Assembly (NCBI GenBank): GCA_951406725.2
Contig: OX597828.1
Location: 69,006,001-69,070,000, forward strand
Length of the DNA stretch: 64,000 bases
Reading direction: 5' to 3'
Origin: Octopus vulgaris
Taxonomy: Eukaryota
Of the stretch, positions 51,349 through 64,000 are shown piece by piece. The notes beneath the pieces were generated by a model, which saw only the letters and a list, made by a program, of their open reading frames with translations, ran no database searches and had not been told where the DNA came from. The position numbers were made by a program, and so were the translations under genes. Every line of letters starts with the position of its first letter. Positions within the stretch are counted from its first letter, which is position 1.

Positions 51349-52567
51349 CTTTTATATATATATGTGTGTGAGTGTGTATCTTTCACTTTCATTGCTTTTA
51401 ACCATCCCCCAGCATTTATCTATATTACATCACTGAATCATTTTAAACCCATATATAAATTTTTTTTCCTTCCCTAGTAGACTATCAGATAATGTAGTTG
51501 TTGAAAGAAATTATAAACTAAGTTAATACTAGTAATACACCAGGGTCAATTCAATCTAGTGTACTCCTCACAAAAGAAAAAGGGAAAAAAACGCTTTATG
51601 CCACGTTCACCCTCATAATTTTCTTTTCTATTTATAATAAAAATAGCAAAAGTAATTGAAATAATGCTTCTTTTAGAAGTTTGCTAGAGTTCTGGTGGGA
51701 GACGAAGAGGTGGTTGTGGGAATGAAAATGAAAAAACTGAGAAATGCAGACCAATCAAAGAAAATCTATTCCGACAGGAGAAAGGCTACGCTGCTTGTCA
51801 GAGTGGAAATGATGGTGATAGCTGTCTAAGGAAATATTCAGTTGTTAAGATGAGGAATTTACTGTGAGTGAAACTAGCTATATGCTAGGCATATCTTAAT
51901 AGAACAATATTTATGGTAATAAATACAATTTTTTTTTTCGACTATTACATCTCAGTAATAATGGCATGAAGAATGGAAGCTTTAGGAATCTGGCCCATTT
52001 TTGAAGAAATAAGAACCAGAATGAAACAGCAGAGTTGATGGGAAATCTTTAATATTACTTGTATAAGATATAATTTCTTTGGCTTAATCACCAAACTGTT
52101 TTTGCAAAAGAAATGGAATATCATTTGCTACCTTATGCATTATGTTTTACTGGTACTTATTCTATCAATCCTGAGATTCTTTTACACCAATTTGATTTAG
52201 AATTTGGAAAGTGAAACATGGTATTTCTTCAGATGATAAGGGCTGTAAAGCCAGTGCTTAAGCAAATGAGAGAAACTATTTTTCATCAGGTCTGATAAAC
52301 CTTACCATCAGCTAGAAGAACTGGGTTATATATGGTCCCTTACATTTATGTATTAGGGTAATAAAGGAACCATGACAGCACCAGCACACCAAGAGAGAAA
52401 GGAAGAAGAACTCAATATATGTGTATTTCTGCTAACTGCTACTTCAATCTTTATAACTAAGTTAGGGGATGAAGATGAATTTTCTTGATGTGTTGCTGAC
52501 AGGATAAGGCTACTACTGTTATATTTGTGAGCAGGATTCTATGGTTCAATCTTTTGGCACATTTTTA

Positions 52568-52887
52568 GGATCTTTTCGCTTTGACTGGCAGATTTTTAAA
52601 ATAATTTCTTTGTAACTAAACACTTTTAAACTTCGATTACTGGTAGAATGTGTTACATAAAACATCTTTTTCTCTTGGCTTTCTTGAGAAAATTCTGTAG
52701 TTTGTAAGCTATTTGTTGTTTAATTTCTTGCATTTCAGCAATTTCAACCAATCAATGACGTCTATTGAGGTGAATACAATTTCTGCCATATTTTGTCAAC
52801 AACAATTATTTGTGGTATATGAAGTTTAAAAGTGTTTAGTTACAAAGAAATTATTTTAAAAATCTGCCGGTCAAAGCGAAAAGATCC
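52568..52887. mobile_element. MITE with ~67-bp TIRs and 8-bp TSD (Merlin- or hAT-type)
   Basis: GGATCTTTTCGCTTTGAC...AAACTTC inverted at both ends; CATTTTTA at 52560-52567 and 52888-52895. Confidence 0.88.
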
Positions 52888-53169
52888 CATTTTTACATGT
52901 TCTTTTTTAAGGTAAAGAATAGCAAAGTTGATCTCACCAACTTGTAAGAATTTTGAGGGCTTTGTTTGATTGCACTCATTGAACCTTCTTGATTGTAATA
53001 GATTTATAAGGTTCTTGATGCATTAACATACAGACCAATATATTCTTTTTTATATTTCTGGGTCATGAAGAAGTGTGGTAGTACCCAAGATGATATCTCT
53101 AAAGTATAATCTGTGTCTGTCGTTTTTGTGGTAGTCGTGGGTGGATTTTGTAAGAGCAGAACTGGATTC

Positions 53170-53480
53170 TTAAATATCCTTAATTGAATTACAAAGGGTG
53201 TAGTCTATGCAGATGATAAATAGGAATGGCATGAATACTTCACCTTGCATGATGCCTACATTACTAAAGAAGTCAGTGCCTCGGTCTGAGGACAGTACTT
53301 TAGCTTTTGTGTTTTTCTAGAGACCATTGCTGCTGCCACTACTACTTCATAAAGTAGACCCTATCTAAGACAACTCTGCTCCGTTTTTGCCTTGAGAGAC
53401 AAACTTTTAAGTTTTTGACATTTCTACAAACGGTGAGACTGCTTGCTTATTTTTAACCCTGACTCCTCCCACAGTAATTC
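53170..53480 (-). mobile_element. Highly degraded RTE-clade RT fragment
   Basis: KNTKAKVLSSDRGTDFFSNVGIMQGEVFMPFLFIICIDY resembles the RTE GVLQGD.LAP.LF...LDY motif. Confidence 0.6.
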
Positions 53481-54052
53481 CTCTGACTGATTTGTCTGAC
53501 TCCCTAAATGCAATATATAATAGTTTTGCCACTTCTAATCAACAAGTGGCAGAAGAATACCTTTCCATTGAGACAAAATTCAAACACTGAATCCTGGGGG
53601 AATCTAAGACAAATACTGAAGTGCACAGTCACTTGAAGGAAGCTGTGCTCATTTATAGGTCAACCAAACCTTCCACAACAAATATCCCTAAATTCAAAAA
53701 TAGCTCAGCAAAATATTGTTTACATGTATGAAATTTTAACCCTCAAAAATATATTGAAAACAAAACACCTGATTGCACAACCATCAGCAAACGAACAATC
53801 CATTTCTTAATAAAGGGCAAAAACCCAAAATTTTGACCTCAAGATTTCCTTTGGATTATTTTTGGCTGATGTCAAACCACAATGGTTTCCTCTGTTTTAT
53901 CATAAACATAATACGAATAAACAGATTTGTAGGTGTTTGAAAGTACTTTGTAAAATTCAGACCAACTTTACACACAGCTATTTGAATGGATATCCATGAT
54001 CCCCAGGAAGAGAAAATCAAGATAGTTGCTTCTGATGGGAGTTAATTTTATT

Positions 54053-54466
54053 CTGTCGCCTTACTGGCACTTGTGCCCATGCTAGTAGGATGCCAAGAGC
54101 ACCATCTGAGCGTGATCGTCACCAGAGCAGCCAACTGGCATCCGTGCCGGTTGCACGTAAAAGGGCACCATTTGAGTGTGATCGTTACCAACATCACCTT
54201 ATTGGCACCTGTGCTGGTGGCATGTGTAAAAAGATTTGAGTGAGGTCATTGCCAGTACCACCTAACTGGACCCTGTGCCGGTGGCACGTAAAAAGCACCC
54301 ACTACACTCTTGGAGTGGTTGGCGTTAGGAAGAGCATCCAGCTGTAGAAACTCTGCCAAATCAAGATTGGAGCCTGGTGCAGCCATCTGGTTCGCCAGTC
54401 TTCAGTCAAATCGTCCAACCCATGCCAGCATGCAAAGCAGACGTTAAACGATGATGATGATGATGA
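54053..54466 (+). mobile_element. Family D retroposon
   Basis: As above, 3-4 diverged 5' units. Confidence 0.85.
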
Positions 54467-55233
54467 CTCCAATGCTGAGAGAGAGGAAAATTTGAAGAGG
54501 GTCAGCATGGAAGATTCTTGTGTGTGTCATCCACTGGAAGTAGCTGAGAATGGATGTCTTTCTGTAGAGAAACACAAATCTACGGATGTTTTGCCTAAGA
54601 AAAGATTTGTGTCTGGAACTGCAAGCTAACAAAACAGTCTTCAGTTAAATACCCAGCAAGCTTTTTCAATACAATAGTGAGATGTATACTGCACTTCATT
54701 GTTTTTAATTTACAGCTAAGATTAATTAATTCAGTAATTTAGACACAAGTGTCTTTATCAGTTATCCAAATCTGTGCTAATAATGGGATATAAGTTGTCA
54801 AATATCAGTTGGTTATTTATTATTCTTGTTTACTCAACTGATTCTTAAGTAATATTTACTATCAAAATAGCATCAAAGTAATATTTACTATTACTATCTT
54901 AAAAGTAATACCAAGCTGATAATTGAGATAAACTTCAACAAAAACTGCCAAGGAAACAAACCTTCCAGCACCCCAGAAACAAAAATGAAAAAAAAAAAAA
55001 TGAAAATAAAAAATGACTTTCCCTGAAGGAAAAAAAAAGTTTCTTAAAATAAAAAATAAAGAATTCAAGATTTAAATAAATGATTAATATCGTGTAAATC
55101 TGTTATCTTAAAACTTCATACAAACTATTGCAACCGGATGTTAGAATAACTGTACTTATTGGTTGTCTCTGGCTTTATCAAGTTTCATATAAATGTTTCT
55201 TAGAATAAGACAGCAACAGTCTACTGTTAGTAC

Positions 55234-55279
<46 letters not shown>

Positions 55280-55859
55280 TGCACTGTTTATTTTACTAAG
55301 GATCATTTATCTGTATATAAGTTCAAGCAATTGTGTGTGTGTGTGTGTGTAGTGTGTATGTGGGGGGGTATGTATATATGCACATATTTATCTATTGATA
55401 TATATACACATCAAAACAGGAGATTTCAAAAGATTTTTGGTTTTATCTATTCACCATTACATATGTTTCGTTTACTAATAGGAGTCACAAAACTGTACAC
55501 ATAAGAGAAAGATGTAAGATGTCTCCCATTGGAAATTCTTCAGACAAAAGAATCAAATAATACAAAATTTACATTTGGGTGAAATGTTTATATATAGCTA
55601 GTAATCGGGAGTCGTATAGATGGTTGGATGAGGAGGGGGGGGGATAAAGAGCAAATTTTGTAAAATAGAAAACAGAGAAAGAGGGAGAGAGTTAGAGATT
55701 GATGTAATAAGTATATACACATGCACATTATTGCATATACATATACATATGTAAATACACACACACACACACACACATATGCATACACAAATGTAAACAC
55801 ACATGTATATATTCATCTTAATCAAGGACTGCCACATTATGTTGGCAAATAATCTTTAC

Positions 55860-55941
<82 letters not shown>

Positions 55942-56213
55942 TATGTGTGTGCATGTGCACATGTGTGTGAGTATATATATATATGTATATAAATAAGTCA
56001 GTTGAAGCATTTGCACAATTTATGAAGGTATGTGCATGATATAGAAATATATTTATCAGGCAGCATAGCAATGGGTTTGAACTAGTGTACATAAAACATA
56101 GCATTGAAGTGACAATCTTTACAGTAGGAGAGAAAATTCTTTAAAGGATTTATCTGAGTTCAGATCCCACTTCAGTCAACTTTGTCTTTCATATTGCAGA
56201 GTTTTTTTAATAT

Positions 56214-56484
56214 CATAAGGGCCGGTTTCCCAGTTTCCTTGGCATATAGGTCCCCCACCTGGATGGGATGCTGATCTGTTGCAGGTGAGCTGCAAAATGC
56301 AGGAGGAAAGAGTGAGAGAAAGTTGTGGCGAAAGAGTCAGCAGAAGTTCGCCATTACTTTCTGCTGGAGCTGTATAGAGCTTAGGTGTTTCGCTCATAAA
56401 CTCACACATCGCCCGGTCTGAGATTCGAAACCTGCGATCCCTCGACCGCGAGTCTGCTGCTCTAACCACTAGGCCATGTGCCTC
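56214..56484 (-). mobile_element. SINE with family-A-like head/body and a third tail type
   Basis: GAGCGAAACACCTAAGCTC and CAACTTTCTCTCACTCTTTC shared with family A; tail CAGCTCACCTGCAACAGATCAGCATCCCATCCAGG..GGAAACTGGGAAACCGGCCC. Confidence 0.8.
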
Positions 56485-57352
56485 GACATGTTGCAGAGTT
56501 GATGAACAAAGAAACAATTCAGAGTGCCAGACTGCCTCAAGTCATCTATTTTGGCTTTGTGCATTCCAAGTTTGAATCCTGCTTTCTGTCATATAAAAAG
56601 AAGTGACAAGTCCATTGGAACCAGCCACAAAAATAATGCTAGACTTGAGAAGACCTGGTACTACAAGCATTTTGATCCTCTCTGCACCAAGCTGACAGCA
56701 CTTTATGTAATGAAAATGGCTATTGTTGCTGAGTAACCCCATTCAACAAGGCTTCAGTGACCAACACCATTGATGGTAGCTGAGCAGACAGAGCCAAGCA
56801 AGAAGCTAAATAGCCAGATATACAGATATAAAACATCTGGAATGTTGGCCTCAGTAGAATTCTGCTGACAATAATCATCATGTCCCTACTGGAGGTATGT
56901 TGTCCTAACATTTAAGACTGAAAACATATGATACCATTTTAATGTTTTCAATATTTGATTTAAGGCCTCCTGTTTCTCTGTTTGAATTCTGTCAACATTG
57001 ACTTTCCCTTCATCCCTCTTCTCTCTTCAATGTTGGGCTTTTCTCAAAATGTCAGGAGTTTCATCTCCCCATGACATAAAACCTACCTAAATCTAGGAAT
57101 GTTACTAAATAATTTTTGCCTCTGTAGACCACCACTAGTTTTCTCAGACTCTAGCTTTTATTCGCACTAATACATTTAGTTTATTCAGTCAAGCGTATTA
57201 TATACAGACATATGCATGCACGCACGCACACACACACACACACACACTTTAAAAAACATTTTCTTTCGCTTTCATCAAAAGAAATTGGTTTACTGTTGCT
57301 TTTATTGTTGCAAAGTCTCAGATAAAAGCGAAAAAGGAAGAGTATTAATAAA

Positions 57353-57713
57353 ATATTGTTGTATTTTGGAATGGTTATTTTGCCAGTTTAGCCAATAAAA
57401 ACACACGCATTATATATATGGTGTTACTTTGCTTCAGCGTTATTTATTTTTTACATTAATCTTAATCTTATTTCAGCCAGAGTTCTTTCGTCACACTCCT
57501 GACTGTTGGTAAGGAGAGACACTCAAATAAGAAAGAAGAAAGCAAAGGACCTCTGATGCGGTCACAGGAGTGTGACGAAAGAACTCTGGTCGAAATAAGA
57601 TTAAGATTAATGTAAAAAATAAATAATGCTGAAGCAAAGTAACACCAAATATATAGTGCGTGTGTTTTTATTGGCTAAACTGGCAAAATGACCATTCCTA
57701 AATACAACAATAT
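57353..57713. mobile_element. Fold-back Penelope-like element with hammerhead-like motif (57548-57591)
   Basis: 149-bp arms 57353-57501 / 57565-57713; GACCT-CTGATGCG-GTCAC-aggagt-GTGAC-GAAAG-AA-CTC-TGGTC. Confidence 0.7.
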
Positions 57714-58289
57714 CTGTTTACAACACACGATTTCACATAAAAAATCTTGCAAAACAACTATATAAATGCATTAATAAACGTAAGAGATTTATTCAAAAGT
57801 GCTCTTTTACTATAGTATAGTAAAATGGTAGCACATCTACTATTGGATAGCTGTAGTTAACTCATAGTTTTGCTGATAAAATAAAGTATTCGACTTAATT
57901 GCAGATATACTCTTAATATTTAAGATTTCAAGCATCTGGTTTCCATTTCAAAGACAGTAGAAAGTTTACTGGGGATGATGGAAGATTTGGTTGGACAACA
58001 AAAATATCAATTGGCTGCACAGAACCTCACTTGCTGGTTTTTATACGAGACTATCTCACAGTTTGAACAAGGGCCATGAAGTGCTTGCAAAGATCCTGAT
58101 ATTTTTATGTTTCAAGACAAATATTAGTTTCCGACTGAATGCTATCATCGAATTCCCATGTCTCAAAGTTAGCTGTTTTATTTATCCATTTGTTTGGAGT
58201 TGAGCCTCTCCATGTAACATCATATTAAAGCAACTTTGTTGCTGCGTGCAGTTGATAGAATTAGGGAAGTTGGTGGCTACAGTTATATA

Positions 58290-58657
58290 TCTATATATAT
58301 AAACAGCAAAATCTCTGTCTGTGTGTGTGTGTCCTTTATACAAATCCACAATTTTTCAGTTAGAGGACTCACACTTTCTATGGTCATTCAAAACCGTCCA
58401 AGGGTGGTCGCGCACATCTTTACATTTCCCCAGTCACCCTGCAAAGCCATTAAAAAATCAATAGAAATGACTTTTTTGTGAATTTTCTATCCAAAACCCA
58501 ATCAAAATGCCCAAAACTTGATACGTCAATTGAATGCCAGCTAGCTGTATGTGATTGGTCAGAGATTTGGACAGTACTCGCGTGTATGTGCGCACGCACG
58601 CAGCTGTATATGCATGCACTAGCACCATGACCCGGCGTTGCCGGGTCATAGTGCTAG
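58290..58657 (+). mobile_element. Non-autonomous Helitron
   Basis: A|TCTATATATATAAAC ... CTAG|T; near-identical to 48114-48490. Confidence 0.88.
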
Positions 58658-58995
58658 TATGTATATAAAAGTGCAAACCTACATCTTGAGCTTATAGTAG
58701 CATACAAACAATCGGTACACTGTGCTACCACTTGAGATGATACATTCTTCAGCAGGGCACTAAACTTCATATAATATAGTTGCTATGGTGTAGGATTGAT
58801 GGAGTGTAACAGGCAGACAGGGTTACATGCAATTTAAAATTCACATTATTCAACATTGTTATAAGACAAAATATGAAACTTTAATTGGACAAATATTGAC
58901 ATAAATGGTGGTGCCCCAGCAACAATGTGAGCTGAAACTTGATAAAATAAAATAAAAATAAACTGTTACTGATGCAATGGTAAGGTTTTGATAAG

Positions 58996-59352
58996 CACAT
59001 TCGAGCGGGATCCCACCATTCAAGCGGGATCCCACCATTCAAGCGGGATCCCATCATTCGAGCAGGATCGTTACCAGCATAGCCTTACTGGCACCTGTGC
59101 CGGTGGCATGTGTAAAAAGATTCGAGCGAGGTCATTGCCAGTACCGCCTGACTGGCCTCCGTTTCAGTGGCATGTAAAAAGCACCCACTACACTCTCGGA
59201 GTGGTTGGCATTAGGAAGGGCATCCAGCAGTAGAAACTCTGCCAGATTAAGATTGGAGCCTGGTGCAGCCGTCTGGTTTGCCAGTCCTCAGTCAAAACTG
59301 TCCAACCCATGCTAGCATGGAAAACGGACTTTAAACAATGATGATGATGATG
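58996..59352 (+). mobile_element. Family D retroposon with a 19-bp stutter at its 5' end
   Basis: CATTC(A/G)AGCGGGATCCCAC x3, then standard units and the (GAT)n tail. Confidence 0.85.
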
Positions 59353-60027
59353 ACTAAGTACTGTTGGACAGATGGATGGATAAACATACATGTACAGATA
59401 CACACATGCACACATATTATAAATATATACACACACACGTGTGTGTGTGTGTGAGCATCTGTACTTCACTTGAAACCATTTCATTAGAAGCAATGGCATC
59501 CTTTGTCTAGTCAAAGAATCATCTGGAGTCTTTGTATCTTCAAAGATGTGTAAAATAAGAGACCCTTCATTTGGAAAACAGGCAAGGATTATCCACAGAA
59601 AGAGCATCTGGCTGTAAGACAATGCTTCAAAAATATACTCATCTAACCCATACCTTCTAGGATGATGATGACAGAAATGATGAAGTTGACGATGAAGGTT
59701 AAATTGATGGTGATTATGATAGCAGTTGTGCTGTTGGTGGATTAAATGACAATGGGAGAAGTGGAGGGGGTGCTTAGAATCAAAACGGAAATAACTGAAT
59801 AAGCAAGAAAGTCTCCAGTTGAATGTCGGGGACAAAGTTTCTCACCTCACCCACCCCCCTTCTGCAATTTCCTACATTCAAGCACCCCTTCCTTTTCCCC
59901 ACTCTGCCACCTCTTAAGAACTGGGAAACCAACCCAAAACTTACTGATCTTAACTGATGAATAATCATTATTAGAATTACCCCCAAGGTTAAGTGGTGGG
60001 TAGAGGAAGAGATGGCTTAGCGAGCAA

Positions 60028-60063
<36 letters not shown>

Positions 60064-60109
60064 GTCAGTGAAATAACAGGAATACTAGTAGTGCTAATGT
60101 TAAATTTAC

Positions 60110-60420
60110 TGATGGTGGTGGTGGTGGTGGTGGTGGTGGTGGAGGCGATGTCGTAGAAGTGGATACCAGTGATAGAGATGGCAGGGTAGGTTGTGATTAT
60201 TACATTCGTGATTATGGTATTGTTGTAGCTGTTGTTGTTTATGGTGATGGTGGTGTCGGTGGTGGTGGTGGTGTCAGTGGTGGTGGTGGTGGTGGTGGTG
60301 GTGGTGGTGGTGGTGTCGGTGGTGGTGGTGGTGATGGTGTTGTCGGTGGTGGTGGTGTCGGTGGTGATGGTGGTGTCGGTGGTGGTAGTGTTGGCGGTGG
60401 TGGTGGCGGTGGTGGTGGAA
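60110..60420. repeat. (GGT)n-rich low-complexity tract
   Basis: Directly visible. Confidence 0.9.
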
Positions 60421-60749
60421 GTGCAGCTTGTGGCAGTGTTGATGACATTGCACTTGTGGTGCTGGTGAGCGAAGTAGTAGCGATGGTAATAAATGACGGT
60501 GGAAGAAGTGCAATGAGAGAATTCTTGGCATTGAGGCATGGGGATGCAAGACATCGGAGAAAGAAAGGAGAAAGAAAAAAAAGGGGGTGAAGTGGGAGGA
60601 GTGAGAAGAAAGAAAGAAGCGGTTCTAATTACCGTAGTGCCAGAATACCAATTACATATTAAACAAACATCAGTGGGACGAAGCAGCTGTGTGAGTTCAT
60701 CCCAGATATTGAAATAATCAGCACAAGTATTATTTGGAATTTTATGCAA

Positions 60750-61322
<573 letters not shown>

Positions 61323-61600
61323 CAAGTTTTGCATTCTAGTACAGCTGGATGCTCTTCCTGCAGCTAACCATATGTTTTGCAAGTAACAGATCCTTTATTG
61401 TTCATGAATGTAAGCTGTCATACAACATCTTGCCTGCTCACTCTGAAAGTGTAGACAAGTTATTGAATTGAGCTCAGTATTTATCTTTTTTTTAAAGCCA
61501 AACTGCTAAGTTATAGGGATGTAAACAAACCATCACTGGTTGTCAAGCGGTGGTGATGGGAACAAACACAAAGACACAAACACATGGATATATAAGTATA

Positions 61601-62501
61601 CTAGATGAGATACCCGGCATTGCTCGGTATTAAAATGGTGTAGTTTGTATATAATATATTACAGTGGTATACTATGAGTCCTTTTGGAGTATTTCAGGCC
61701 CTAACCTGTCATGGAAAATTAGGGGTGGGGGTTATGTGATTTTTGAACGCACGAAAAAGCTGTCAGTGGATATACTCTCTTTTGCAGCAGTCGGCGCTGT
61801 GTCTAACATGACCCATCATCTGAAATGTTGACACCTTCGGGTTTGCTATCCTACATCACTCATAAAGTAAATTTGGAGGAACTGAGGTTGTTCATTTGTG
61901 GGTAACAAGGAACCAGTGAGGTGATAGACTTGCCCTTGAACTTTGACGTCAGAGTAAATTCATATTTAACTATCTTCTTAGATGCAGCTAACGATGTCAT
62001 TTGAAATGCACAGTTGTATTGTCTGATATTGTTCAGAAAATCCTTTGACTGGATGGAAGTGCCTTCTAGAAGATCCATAAGAGGTCGAAAAGGAGCTGGT
62101 ATAGTGCTGGTAATGTTACCAGACTGCCTGAGCAGCACATGCCATTTGTTTCATTTGAAAATTTTAAAGCTCTACAGAAATGACAATTTGTGTTTAGCAC
62201 ACCAGTTTGGACAGAGTTATCATTTTTATAAGAATGGGGTGGATCATATCTGAAAGCAGCTTCAGGAGTTGTGAAGAACGAATTTGTACATAGTTTGTTT
62301 CTGAGAGCTATTCTATTGGACCTCTGTCTAATCATTAAACCATTGATTTAATGATCCAGCATTAACTGCTGCAGCATGCATTTGCTGATCTTGAGAAAAT
62401 CTCATCTCACTTCTCTCTTCAGACTCTTGCCTTTGGTTTTCTACAATCCTCCTTGTTTTATACTTGTTTCTGAAGAGATTACTTCTTTTCTATGGTGGCA
62501 T
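61601..62501 (-). mobile_element. Internally deleted Helitron retaining a decayed RepHel N-terminus (5' end lies further right, not fixed)
   Basis: CHFCRALKFSNETNGMCC..LP..PLMDLLEG..SKDFLNNIRQYNCAFQMTS with stops and frameshifts. 3' hairpin ATACCGAGCAATGCCGGGTAT then CTAG|T at 61601. Confidence 0.85.
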
Positions 62502-62729
62502 ATTTTTTTCAATATTGTAAACAAACAATTATAAACATATAAGAACAAATTAGACATTAATCCCTATTTTTGTAAGCAGTTGTATGTATGTAGTATGTTT
62601 TTATTTTTGTATGCAATATAAATTAACCAAACAGAAGCACATGCATGAACTGCTCTTTTAATGGTAAATACCACAGTAATTATTATAGATAAATTTCTTA
62701 ATATATATATTAAATATATATATTAATAT

Positions 62730-63030
62730 ATACAAAATAAGAAAATGGAGAAATACATCCAAATCAAATATCAACTACCAGATAATATCCAATCACATAC
62801 TTTTATCTGGTAGTTGATATTTGATTTGGATGTATTTCTCCATTTTCTTATTTTGTATTATGAAATTGTGGTAAAACATTTTACCTTTGCCCATATAATG
62901 CAGTAAATGAATTAATTGCATCGCAATTCTTAACATTTATGCATTAACTTTGTTGGGTACCCCACTAGCAGTATATTGGATATATGTTATCCCATGGTGG
63001 GTTGCATTTACAACCCCTATCTCAATTTGT
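62730..63030. mobile_element. Fold-back element, same family as 43288-43885
   Basis: Perfect 56-bp arms 62730-62785 / 62803-62858 plus the same one-sided extension ending CAACCCCTATCTCA; TA-rich flanks. Confidence 0.8.
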
Positions 63031-64000
63031 ATATTAATATATATATATATTAAATATATATATATTAATATATTAAATGTTAATTTAAGGGTAAATATGT
63101 AACCGTAAATATCTTGCAACCTTGCAACTGCTGCGATAATTATTAACTGGTAATTGAATGGTAAATGTGTGTTTTTATATACCTTGGACTTGTCACCTCA
63201 TTGTTTTTTGTCAAGAGTTTCACCCCCAGCTGTTCTTTACGTCAGTCAACACATACACTGACACACCATTCTGCTGTGGTGGCCGTAAAGACAGAAAGTT
63301 GTCCGTGCATGATGTTGTTCACATTAGGATGTGAATTATTCATTTGTTTCAAATATAATAGAAATAAGATGATGTTAATGTTATCACTTTAGAATTAGAA
63401 TTGAAAGAATGAAAGGGAAACAATATTCTCCTTTGTCCTCACTCTTATTAGTCTCACTTTGTTCAACACCAACAAAAAATTTCATCCCTTTCCATGAAAA
63501 GGTTCTGCCTGAAACCCATGACAACTCTTCTTCCTCACAAAATAAAACATATTCCACCGTTTGAATTAAATGAAACATAGTTATATTTTAAAACAAGCAA
63601 ACTAATATTGTGGCAGTATTAGTAATGTTAGTGGTGATGATAGTTGGTGTTGGTGATGGTAGTGGTGGTATTATGTAGAGGTAGGGGTGCGCAGGGGTTG
63701 TGGTGGTAGTTGAGAAGAAAATGGTAGCTGAAGTATAAGAATTGTAACCTACAAGTCTATTTTCTGTGATGTAGAGGTATTTACATCAGGATTTGTCATG
63801 CATGGAATGAACCGAGGAGAAAGAGTATGATGGATGAGAATTTAAGATTGGAAATAGTTAAGAGTTGATTTCATTAAAGAAGACTGGAAAAGTTGTTTGA
63901 TTGAGTAGAGTGAATGAATGGTTGGAATTGGGTAAAGGTTGCCAAAAATCTGGCCAATATCAGATCAGACATGAAAAATGAAAAATTCAAGTGTCTCCAT

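Noticed and set aside
63384-63578. 64-aa minus-strand ORF as a possible exon
   Set aside because: No recognisable domain or convincing splice signals.

Overview
Repeat-saturated, AT-rich animal genomic DNA with no host protein-coding exon that I can support. The mix of tRNA-derived SINEs, RTE/CR1/Tx1/R4/CRE LINE debris, Helitrons and very long (CATA)n/(GATA)n/(CA)n/(TA)n arrays suggests a cephalopod, probably Octopus (inference). The only long intact reading frame is a 5'-truncated L1/Tx1-clade reverse transcriptase ORF (about 650 aa, minus strand, 33895-35860) sitting in a (GATA)n tract. Most other long ORFs in the track are translated microsatellites. The most notable structure is a dispersed set of short non-coding elements carrying minimal type I hammerhead-ribozyme motifs of the Penelope-like kind. 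Several are folded back as inverted repeats, often next to (TA)n, two unrelated families have a non-canonical CUGUNGA core, and one lies downstream of a tRNA-type B box. Also present: ORF segments copied into the Tx1 3' UTR (apparent template jumps), a SINE tail matching that 3' UTR, head/tail-shuffled SINEs, a mariner derivative made of two 5' ends, Helitrons with a fully palindromic 3' end, a drop in CpG density after about 50.5 kb, and a probable assembly mosaic at 1-5 kb. Family labels A-E are mine. All calls were read by eye; no searches were run.
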